NCBI RefSeq assembly: GCF_008831285.2
Contig: NC_045138.2
Span: 16,058,001-16,122,000, forward strand
Length of the DNA: 64,000 nt
Direction of reading: 5' to 3'
Source: Nymphaea colorata
Taxonomy: Eukaryota
Made by a program: the position numbers and the translations under genes. This document shows, piece after piece, positions 22,744 to 33,802 of the stretch (position 1 is its first letter; every line of letters begins with the position of its first letter). The notes under the pieces are model-generated. The model was not told the origin of the DNA. It did no database searches and saw only the letters and a list, made by a program, of their open reading frames with translations.

Positions 22744-25700
22744 TTAGCTATCTCCAGTCAGCCCTTCCTGAGGTGGTGCATCTGCATCTACGCCAGAATT
22801 TGAGATGGGTTGATCCGTAAACTTCTCTCCATGTAGCGGGGCCTTCTTCGGCCCAGGACCAGCAGAAACTTTAACCATGGCTGGTCTAAGAAGCCGACCT
22901 TTAAGCATGAATCCCCGTCTGAACTCTTCAATTATGATACCTTCTGTGTAAACAGAAGACTCTTCCCGCGAGATGGCTTCGTGGAACTTCATGAAGTTTC
23001 AAAATGTACAAGCAAAAAGTAGTAATCAGGAACCACCAGTATGACGAGACAAGGAATGAAAGAATTCAGCGTCTCTAGCTACCAAGGGATCATTAACCAA
23101 CGGCTATAAAAAATGCCACTCCATATAGCTGATATGTAGCAACAAAAACAAAATGAAACAATAAATACTGTAAAACTTACAGAAGGATCGAAAGGCTTGC
23201 CAACTGTCTGAACAACCGAAACCTGTAGACTTCTCATAATCTCCACAAACTGCTTGTATATACCTTGATAACTAGTATCGATCTTTTTTTCTCTCTCAGT
23301 TTCAGGCTTAATTTGTTGTTTGGCCCTCTCAAAATTATCCACCAAAGGCAGGAGGCTTTCTATGATTTCTCCATGAACATTTGAGGTCAGTGACAGCCGA
23401 TCCTTCTCCAATCTCTTTCTGAAGTTGTCGAAGTCAGCTTGGATTCGGCGGTACTTACTTTTCGCTGACACTACTTCAACTGATAAATCTTCAACTTTCT
23501 TCAGTAGGTCCTTCTTTTCGTTCTCAAAGATGTAAAGGGTTGATTCAATGCCAGAGGCAGCTTCTAAATCTCCACCCATTATAGCCTCCTTGTAGGCTAT
23601 CAGGAGGTTTCTCAAGGAAGGCCCTGCTTCCTGGTTAACAACTCCGTTACCAGATTCTGTTTCACGTTCTTCATCATCTATCTCCTGCAACAGAGACAAC
23701 CAAAGCTGATTCAAGAGCGAACAATTTACAGTTTTTGGTCACAGTTACATGCGAAAAAGTTCATTAACATTGAATTGGTTAAACCCTCAAGAACCCATGT
23801 GAGTCAACTCCTACTGACTGAAGCAGTGGCATCCTTGATGATTTTGGAATGTTAAAAACCAGTAAGCAGCAAGATGTTGTCATTTTGGTAAATTCTCAGT
23901 GATGTCCTTTGTTGGGCAACAAAAACGATTTGTGCTTAGGCAAAGGCCGATAAACCCAACACCAGGCTGATTTGGACAATAGGTGCCCAATAAATCCCAG
24001 CGGATACCACCAAACCAAGAGGTAGATGAAATTTCTAATCCCGGAGGCTAGTCAAATGACTCAGCATGTATATGTGAATCTCCAGCAGCAGTAGAGTACC
24101 GCTGATTTTAGATAGGCCCAAAGTGTGAAGCAAACATGGCAGTTACCCCAAAAAAAAAAAGGCTGTAGTCGCAGCTCAGGGAGTGAGACCATTTTCACTA
24201 CAAATGTCTTTTCAATTCCCCAGAGAAATTTCTCTGGCACTCAGATGAGTCCTCGCCCCTGAGTATCATATCCTCTCATTTGAGAGCTTCATCATAGCCC
24301 AGAAAAAAGTTCAACCAAAGGATCACGCTACATATACTCTTCGCTCAAGAAACAAAGAAATAGATGACAAGCTTCCAGACTAGAACTAACAGTCACAAGT
24401 AGTAAGCATAACTTCCTTGGAATATTACACAAAACATAAGACCATCTTAACCTTTTTCCAACCAAAAAAGAGTCTTAGGCTCTTAGCAATAAGAATTACA
24501 AACAGGAACTGGATCCATTATAATTAAAAACATTATTTAGTATGCAGTTTCATACATTTAAGTAACTATTGAGATAAAAATAAGGGATTGCAAAGATCGT
24601 CTCAACTAAAAAGACCATATAGAATGTTAAACTATGTCTATTGCCAATACAAATGGTTCAGAAGAAAAGAAGAAACTCTCCTCGATTTTAAGCAACTATG
24701 CACTTTCATCATCTCCTCAGAACTGCTGGATGATTTTAGTCCAAACCCTGACCTAGCAGACAAAGCTTTTTTCAGCTTTCAGGCTCAATTCGATCATACT
24801 ATAGTAAACCACTTTTATAAGTAAGAACTCACTTCTAAGCGATAAAAAGAAAAGTATGCATTGGTCGTTTCAATTAAATCTAGGTAACCAAGTGAAGAAT
24901 TTTACTTTCTCCAATGGGATTATCAGAATTCCTTTGAACTTGTTAACTGTGAGGCTGCTAGCAGTGAACAGTTATAGTTCTTTCTCAGCTAGACATAAGG
25001 TACAGCAGACACTTGAAATTTGATTGGACAATCAACTCAAAGCAGCCGATTAAACATAGAATAAACCCTGTTTACAAACAAAGTTGGCAACTTTCGGTTT
25101 TGTTAGGTGTACATTTTAAATTACAGATAGCAACTATTTTGAAATTTCTAGATTCATAGCTTTTCTGGGTGATCAACCAGAAACTTCCTTCATCACTAAA
25201 TAAATATCACGCTTCTATTGCCCTCCATAAGTATGGTAATTTTCCATGCACAATTTACTACATGGTTAATATACCCAAACTTCACCTAGGTGAACTTCTA
25301 GTGTGCATCTGAAAATCAGGACAAAGGACATTTTATAAGCTGAATTGCAGCCCAATATCTATCTCAGTAAGCAATTTCCTCTAACCAACATCAGGCTACT
25401 TCAGAAAGCAAGCCAAAAAAACTACGCAAAGAATCTGGCATTTCATGTAAAACCGAGAGGGGAGAACAAAGAGATAGACTGATAGAGAGGGACGAAGAAA
25501 TAACTGAAACATTGAGACTTCGACTCGAGTAATTAATTCAGAGAGAAAATTAAGAGGCGTATAAGCAAATGAACGAGGGGTGTAGTACCTGGGCCGCAAC
25601 TCCCGCTGCGAAAATAGTGGGACGACGCGGCCGCGTGGTGCGCCGGCAGAGACGGCGAGATCGAGCGACGGAACGCAGCGGGAGAGACAATGAACATGGA

Positions 25701-25783
25701 GAAGAGCGGAGGAAGACAAGCGACGGAGGTGGAGGAGGAACCGAGAAGCGAGGGTTGAGGTGCCCATTCGCAACCAGAGCCAT
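22744..25783 (-). CDS. grpE: Chloroplast GrpE nucleotide-exchange factor (CGE-type), 3 exons, ~313 aa
   Basis: Exons 25783-25589 (Ser/Arg/Pro-rich transit peptide MALVANGHLNPRFS...), 23684-23181, 22986-22744. GrpE motifs RIQADFDNFRKR, LLPLVDNFERA, GKPFDPSFHEAI, RRGFMLKGRLLRPAMVKVS. Confidence 0.92.
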
Positions 25784-26988
25784 GGCGCCGACCACCGCCG
25801 AAACCCACTTAGCTCCCACTGATCTGCTTCAGATAGCAGAAGCTCCCCACCTCGTCCCCCCGAGAAGAAAGACGCTGACGCTGGCCTCTGCTACCGCCAA
25901 TGACGGCTCTACCTAACTGCGCCTACCGCCGCCTCCCGGTGTCGATACTTCCTCCGGCTGCCGCGATAAAAAGGATGCTCGAATGTTCCACGCATTCGGG
26001 CTGGGGAAAGGCTACCGCAAGCTTCTGCTATCGCATCGCGCGCTTTAATGAATCGCCTTCTCAGATTGATTTGCGATCCCTGCCGTTCATTTTCGCGATA
26101 AACGGTTAATATCTCAAATTCTTAATGTCCTGGGAGCGGTCTTTATTCTCATATGAACCGCCAACAATCAAGTGATTGGACGAAATAGTTAACGAAATTT
26201 TGACGTCAAGAAAATTGAATTCGGAAAAAGATGGGTTTTCTTATTTCTGATAGATATCTAATTTGAATGTTTGAATTCGATATGATCTTTTATTTTATAT
26301 ATTCAATTTTGAATCTGATTCTAAATCAAATTAACCAACACTTAGAATGTTGGATATTAACTGTTATACCCAACATTCTAAATGTGATCCATCGAAGCTC
26401 ATGATCTTTCAATATATCTTTTATTATAAGCACATTTCAAATACATCCGTAGAATTGGATTGATAAACACAACTTCAATAAATAAAACCAGTTGACTAAC
26501 ACCGTAAACAACATGTTTCTAGAAGTAGTATATGTCCAGATACACCACAGCATTAGAGTCTTGATTTTCATTCGATAAAAGCCCTTAAGTCCTCCTCACG
26601 ATGCAATTGCCAATATACATCTAATGCGATTGGTTTGACAAATTTCCAAATGACAAAAAAAAGTATAGCAGCTTTTTGCAAATTCTTGCTAGAGAAGACT
26701 TTCTTGATAAGAAAACCTATAACTTAAGGACCATATTTGAAAATTTTCAAATCAAGGTGGTGGGCATGGATGGAGGAGAGGCGATCTGCCGCATGTCGTG
26801 GACGCCGAAAAATTTAAACGGCAACCGTTGGAGAGAGAGCGAGAGACGACGGCTCTTGGTATCTTCTTATATATTTAAAAAAGACCAACAGATTCTGCTC
26901 ATGCATCAGCAAGAAGAAGAACCAGAAGATTTGTCGAAGGAGAAGAAGGAAATAGTGGGCCGTGGCTGGAGTAAGAGCAGGAGCAACC

Positions 26989-29900
26989 ATGTTGAGTATC
27001 GTGCGTGTACTTCGTTTTCAGCCACCCATGGCCGGGCTTGAGCTTACTCCTAAAATCGTCTTACGTCGAGCAGACGGTAACACAACCAGTGAAGATTTCC
27101 CTGAATCGAACCTGCTTGATGGTTGTTTCATCGCATACAAGTGGTTGGTTGTCGTCAAGTTTGAACCTCCGTTTTGTTCTCATAATTCCTCAATTGTTCT
27201 TTCCTTCTTCTTCTATTGCATCATCGTCCTTTTCTTTTATTTTCTCGTTCTGGTTGTTCGTTTTATTTGTCTCCTTTTGATTGTTCTTTCTCTGTGATAC
27301 TTACAACTGGCAGTTATGAGTAATGATATTACATATTTCTTATTGCTGATCTCTCAGGTCTCGTGTATATACCGGTAAGACGGATCCTGTATGTTACGTA
27401 CATCCATTCATGCAATCGACTGTTCAGTGTATAGAATGTTCTGACAACCCAAAAATAGCAGACGTATGCAGCTTCCACTGTAATAACGACTGTTACCAAG
27501 ATGCATGGGAGTTTCATCTTAGCGTACATGACAAAGCAGCTTCTAGTGTTAAGGAAGACGACATATTTGCAAAAATCGCTGCATCTTCTGCTTCACCTTC
27601 AACATCAGCCGGTGGGCAGAGCTCCAGAACTGTTGGAGAAGGAAGCGGTGTCGAACTGACGTTGGAAGTGGGCCGGTCAAAAACATATGCACCGACGGAT
27701 CACGACGTCGGCCATGGCCTGAAGTTTGAATGTGTGGTGGTCGATGCGAGCACCAGAACGCCGGCGTCGGAAGCGACGACAGTGTGGACGTCAACTGTTA
27801 CACCTGCACCATGCCCTAGGCAACGGCTAATGTTTCTATTACACGAGGCGACATGGCCCTCGAGTTCAGGCGGTCCAAGTGCACCAAAAGGAACCTTCAC
27901 TGTTCTCTCCTACAACATTCTGTCAGATGGTCGCGCGAAAGGTGGGAGATACAACTACTGCCCACCTTGGGCTCTTTCATGGTCATATCGGAGGCAGAAT
28001 CTGTTAAGAGAAATTACTGGCTATCGTGCTGATGTTATCTGTCTTCAACAGGTATAATATTCTGAAAGAAATTGTGATCTCAGTCTCGTTATGACTTTCT
28101 GGAGTCAGCTAAAATGTTTCATCTACTGCTCTTTTTTGAGTGAAAATTTACCCTTCTGTGTGTATCAAACAATTATACGCAATAGTTTGAAACGAGTATG
28201 AAAAAATTGAGAAACAAAAACTGATTCCATTCTTTCAGCTATTTCTTTGAGGAACAACGACATAACGGTTGAATTCCGCAAACAGTTGCTGAGTTTTCAT
28301 GTAAAATATCAACCAGAAACATTTATAGTTCTTGGGGACCATTTTGTTCATCTATCAGTATCGGAATCATTTGATCTTGGCTTAAATGCTAAATAAAACC
28401 GGTAATCTTAATCCCTGGACTGATTGAGCCATATATCACAGAGTGGTAGGCGCAAGTGTTCTCAGTTTGGATAATGACAGTTCTTCTTCTTTCAAGCTAG
28501 TGCATCAGTTCTTTCTTGTCTTCTTTCAAGCTACCAATCTGAATTCTGAAATAAGTAGTTGCGTTTCCCCACTTAAATATTTGTACCAAGACAGAATGTT
28601 AGACTCTAATTCGAACAGAGATGTTTCTTTTATAAGATATGCCTTTCTTTATTATTATTATTATTTTGCTTGTTACATTTTCCGAATTTTATGTGTTTCA
28701 GGTACAGAGTAACCATTTTGAGAATTTCTTTGCTCCTGAACTTCAAAAGCATGGCTACAAAGCCCTCTATATGGCAAATCGGACAGAAGAGGTTAGAAAT
28801 GCCTTTGCCGCTGAAACTGGCGATTCTTGCCCTGTTGAGGGTTGTGCGACATTTTTCTACAAGAAACGGATTTCATTGGTGAAAGCGTATGAGGCATGTG
28901 GTTTATTTATATGAGTATGTTGTTTTCCCAACGCGCTGCAAATTTTTTTTCTCATTCACTTTTTCTGCAGGTTGAGTTACATAACGCAGCACCATCTTTC
29001 GCTGATATTCTGGTTTCAGATGATCAAAAGGAGTCTCTCCTCTCTCTATTGCCTAAGGTGCTTTATTGCTAGAGGCACTTGCAGAACATGCTTCGTCTTG
29101 GGTGGCATCTTTTTATTGGGATTTTTTATAGGCATTCTTTTCATTGTTTCCAGGGCAACGCCGCACTTTTTGTGGTTTTAAAGACAAACTTTAGTGGCCC
29201 GTTAATGGACGTTCCTGGCCAAGAACAAGTATTTTGTGTGGTGAGAGTTCAATATGCCATTTGGATCTTAAAGTTTTTTTCTGCTCTTCTTCTAACTGCT
29301 TAGAAATTTGGCATTCCTATAAATGTCCTTGTGAGTTCCTTCTCAATACATTATATCATGTTCTATGGGCCACGGTTCATCTGTCTGTAGCTGTATTTGA
29401 CACCCATCACACGCTTCAAACTCGTCCCTCCCTCCTTCTGCGTCCCCACCAGTGACCAGTCTTCTCCCCCCACACAGCAACGCTGCCCACTTCACTACTC
29501 TGAAGGAGCGAACACCAACCGGAACTCATCTAAGTGAAGCCGTTCTGATTTCCCGCGCCGCTGGTTAGAGACAGCGATGGCGAAACCTGTGAGTGGCAGT
29601 GCCGAAGCGGAAGTGGGGCAGGTGGATGTCCGAGATCCGGCTCCCCAACAGCCAGGAGGGCATCTGGCTCGGGTCCTACGACACGCCGGAGAAGGCCACC
29701 GCCCTTACGATGCGGCCGTGTTCTGCCTCCGGGGCCGCAACGCCAGCCTCGTCAATCAGCCCTGCCCATATCCAAGCCTCCGCTGCCCAACTCGCGCATT
29801 CGGCGGGCCATGGTACGACGACGCGAGGGAGAACCCGTCGGCGTAGGATTCGTCTCAGGTATCCGACGTGGCCGCAGCGGCGGCTGCCGAGTGCGGCATG

Positions 29901-31173
29901 GGGAGCTCTAGCGCGGGCACTGATTTGAATCGAAACCTGTCTTTCTTTTTTCTTTTTCTTTTTTTTTTTTGGTTCGTTTTGGTTCTCCACTGTCGCACAT
30001 AGATTCTCGTTAGGGTTCCCGTATAGAACAAGGTTGGTGTATTTGAGCGTTGCCTATATTTCTGGTACATTAATTTGAAAGTGTACTGCTATACGTTAAG
30101 TTGCTGTTAGTGCGTGCCTGAGCTAATATCCACTTGCAACACATGACTGCCTACACTTATGGTTGCAGGCAAACGCGTATTCAACTACCGATTATGAGCT
30201 AAAGATTGTTCAACTATTCGAGGTCGAGTTCTTTTCTTTTAACTTTTTTCCTCCTTGTGTGCACAGTTGCTTATTACATCAAGTGAACCCCTTTAGGTGC
30301 CTTAACCGTGCAGATATACGCAATTGTACAAGAGCTAGAAAAACTTGCAACGACTGAAAATATCCCAAGTCTGCTTTGTGGAGGTTTCAACTTCATTCCT
30401 CGAAGGTACTTCACTTGCTTAGAGATCAATTTTGCTGCTTTTTTTTTTTTTTAGTACTTCACATTCATCTATTCTAAAGTCAGCACCATATGTTTCTTTC
30501 CTTTCTGGGGCAAATTTAACAGTGCCCCACATGAATATTTAGTGACGCGGAACATTGATCCGGTGCGTCGACAGTTCTCTGAGGACCCTTTTATACGACC
30601 TCATATTGCAAAACGTGGTCTAACTCATCAGCTTCCACTGGTAATTGATCTTTCTTAAGCACTACATCTTCAAACACAAATCACATTCCTATTGTGAGTG
30701 ACAACTTGTTGCAGGTCAGTGCATACTCATCATTTGCCACAATGGAGGGAGGTGGTCCATATTTTGAGGAACAAAGAAGAAGAATGAACCTACGAAGAAA
30801 TGAACCGCGATTCACAAATCGCAGAGCAAACTTCTCTGGCACTCTTGATTATATCTTCTACACAGGTAAGCTCTCAAACTCATGGTCATTATTTTGTGCA
30901 TGCAGTCCTGCTTTTTGTTAAGTGACTCTGTTTCCCACCTTCTTTCTTACCTACTCCTTACGAGACTAAGGAACTCTTGGTTTTCTGGTTCGTAAAATGT
31001 GATGTCTTGATTTTGTTTTCACTGCAGCGGACTCAGTGAGAGTAGAGTCGTTATTGGAACTTATAGACGAAAAAGAATTAGAAGGGACCACAGGCTTGCC
31101 ATCCCTCAGGTTGTCTTCAGATCACATAGCTCTCTTAGCTGGATTCCAATGTATGTCAAAAGTGCATCATTAA
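26989..31173 (+). CDS. CCR4: Divergent CCR4a/b-type deadenylase homolog (EEP fold), 10 exons, ~591 aa, catalytic motifs altered
   Basis: Exons 26989-27143, 27358-28051, 28702-28893, 28971-29057, 29154-29240, 30169-30222, 30314-30405, 30523-30640, 30715-30865, 31028-31173 give a continuous frame (intron 3 is GC-AG). MLSIVRV...LTP, Cys/His finger, EVGRSKTY, FTVLSYNILSD, YCPPWALSWSYRRQNLLREI, GCATFF, GTLDYIFYTAD and SSDHIALLA match plant CCR4a/b. Confidence 0.88.
29577..29810 (+). pseudogene. Frameshifted AP2/ERF (ERF017/018-like, DREB A-5) gene remnant in CCR4 intron 5
   Basis: MAKPVSGS (frame A), KRKWGRWMSEIRLPNSQEGIWLGSYDTPEKA (frame B), YDAAVFCLRGRNA (frame A), ISPAHIQASAAQLAHS (frame B); a GC-rich island inside an AT-rich intron. 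Confidence 0.85.
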
Positions 31174-32328
31174 GAGAATCTGTCAATTGTCTGGCTCAAG
31201 CAATACATTGATCAATCTCATAGTATTCCAATATTTTCTCGTTTCATATGCTGGGCAAGAATATGAAGGCAAAAAAAAAAGACAAGAATAACTACAAATT
31301 CCTAGTGCGAAATTCTTTACTGAATCAATTTTGGAGTGTGTATCTGCTGTAAAATTCTATGCAGCGAACACAGAATGACTTTTTTTTCTCTCCTCGTGAG
31401 TGATGTATATCACTGTGAATATTGAACTCCATTCATTTCAAAAGAGGGAGTAAAGGACCTGTTGTAGCAACATTATGTGTTGAACTGAAACTTGGAAGCT
31501 GATATACGGGAATGCCATAGAATGTGCTCATTTGAAGTTTTAATGCTGTGAAATGTGCTGTTATTGTCGTTCATTAATCATTTCCTGGTCTTTTGATGTT
31601 TAAATTCATCAAACAACATGATTGACTCTATAAACAACTGGATGACCCTGCCTGCAGTGTCTGTAGTCACTGTGTGTTAGATGCCGCCCTACAGTATGTA
31701 ACATCACTGTGTTAGGAAGTCAAGAATTGGCTCTCACTGTGTGCAGTGTGCTCATGTTAGATCAAAAGATTGCTATGTGGGAATTAGCGGCTCATGAACA
31801 ATCGTTATAAACATTTACATGGCCATCGATGCAAATGTTCTAAAATGATTTTCTTTATCGCTTCTCTCTTTTTTAGAGATTATTACACGTAGTCTTGACT
31901 AGTCATTTTCTGCTGGTTTTGGCAGAGATACACCACCTATCTTCTTTGCTCTTATTACACAAATATGATTTATTTGAACAATTACAATATTTGCTAAATT
32001 GATTATTTTTCTTGTGTACCTGGTTTGCATGAAGATACTCGCTAACATATATTAAAGAACATATCAAGAGGAGCATGGTCTACTGTTCCCCTACTGCACT
32101 TACTGTATCTGGGGGAAAAAGCTCCTCTCATGAACAAATATAAGTGTTGCTTTATTTAATTCGATTATTATTTATTTTTAGTTTAAAGATGAAAAATGAA
32201 AAATATTGAGGCAGTTCGGAGAGAGTGTCCTGTATTTAAGTTATTGGCAGTGTAGGCTTTATTTTTCTTTTCAGACACTGCCAAATTGGAAATGCAACGT
32301 CTTTTTAAGATTATCCTAAAAATGTTTA

Positions 32329-32610
32329 TGGGGTGTTTGGATGACAATTTAAAACCAGATTTTGAGACCCAAAACCTGATTTTTCCCTAAAACACCATTT
32401 CAAGAGTGTTTGGATCACATTAAAACTGGGTTTTGCCAAAACCTTCTTCCCCCTAGGTTTTTTAGGTAAAATTAATTTTGCCCACTAAACCAAGTTTTTC
32501 ACTTGTCATCCAAAGAATCAAACCAAGTTTACAAAACTGAGTTTTTAATAAGGTTTTCAAAAACTTGGTTTTCACAAAATCAAGTTTTTTAAGGGTGCCA
32601 TCCAGAAAAC
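32329..32610. mobile_element. Tourist-like MITE relic
   Basis: GGGGTGTTTGGATG start, internal CATCCAAA complement, repeated AAAACTTGGTTTTCACAAAA; boundaries and TSD unresolved. Confidence 0.45.
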
Positions 32611-32894
32611 TTGGTTTTCACAAAACTTACTTTTGAAGAAACAGAAACCTTAAAGAAGAACAAAAAAACAGCAGCACAAACGGGTCGAACACCAAAATAT
32701 TTGTGAACGGGTTGGAATCGGATCCAATACATCAAACATAGTCTAAACCCACGTCCAAGAGTCGAGCTCCCCAGATACAAAACTTCTTAAATCGAAAGTA
32801 ATATGATTATATGAACAAAATTCTCATCTACGCGCTAGTTTCGTGATTCCAATAAACCTCATAATACATTATATCACAAAATTTATACTTTAAC

Positions 32895-33355
32895 AACGGA
32901 TAGGAAACCATGTTCCCACAGTTTAAATCCGAAAGATATTTTGTTCATGTATAGCGGCGTTTTTTTTTTAAATCTATATCACTTTTGCCCTTACAAAAGG
33001 AGTTTTTCGTTTCAAAAGGGTATTTTAGTCATTTAATATCAAACTAAAACCGATGGGAAACCATGAACCCACAGTTTAAATCCGAAAGATATTTTGTTCA
33101 TGTATAGCGGCGCTTTTTTTAAATCTATATCACTTTTGCCCTTATAAAAAGGAGTTTTTGGTTTACTCAAAAGAGCATTTTAGTCATTTAATATCTAACT
33201 AACAATCGATGGGAAGCCATGTTCCCACAGTTTAAATCCAAAAGATATTTTGTTCATGTATAGCGGCGCTTTTTTTTAAGTCTATGTCACTTTTGCCCTT
33301 ATAAAAAGGAGTTTTTGGTTTACTCAAAAGGGTATTTTAGTCATTTAATATCTAA
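32895..33355. repeat. Tandem repeat, 3 x ~155 bp, upstream of PP2A
   Basis: Unit GGAAACCATGTTCCCACAGTTTAAATCCGAAAGATATTTTGTTCATGTATAGCGGCG...TTTTAGTCATTTAATATC starts at about 32903, 33056 and 33212. Confidence 0.95.
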
Positions 33356-33802
33356 GACAGAGTTATCCATAACACATATTAATATGCATGAAAATTAAAA
33401 AGAATATTTACAAGGCACCAATTGAACGTGCTTAAATAGGCGCCAAATTCAAAGGACGACATCTGGAAAAAGTAATATTAATATTATAAAAAAAAGAAGG
33501 CGCGAACGTCAAGAACTTTAAGAGGACGGTTAATTAGTTAAGCGAAGGGTTGAATTCAAGAAACATGAAGCCAGTTTGATGGCTTATAGGTGAAACGTTG
33601 GGGCTGTAAATGAAAGTTTTTCCTAAGCAGAGGGAGGAAAAATCGAGCGCTCCGTTTTGATTGGCTCTCCCGTGTCCTCCTCCGCTCTTTCTTCTTTTTC
33701 TTCTGTTTTCTTTCAGGTATACACAGTATCCCGCGGGCGCGTCTGGTGTAAATGCTGCTTCCCCACCATTTCGATTGAGGGAGAGAGAGGGCAGAAAGAA
33801 AG

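Noticed and set aside
29577..29928. ERF-like ORFs as a functional nested transcription factor
   Set aside because: The AP2 domain is split between frames and lacks the YxGV and NFP segments; neither ORF encodes a complete domain.
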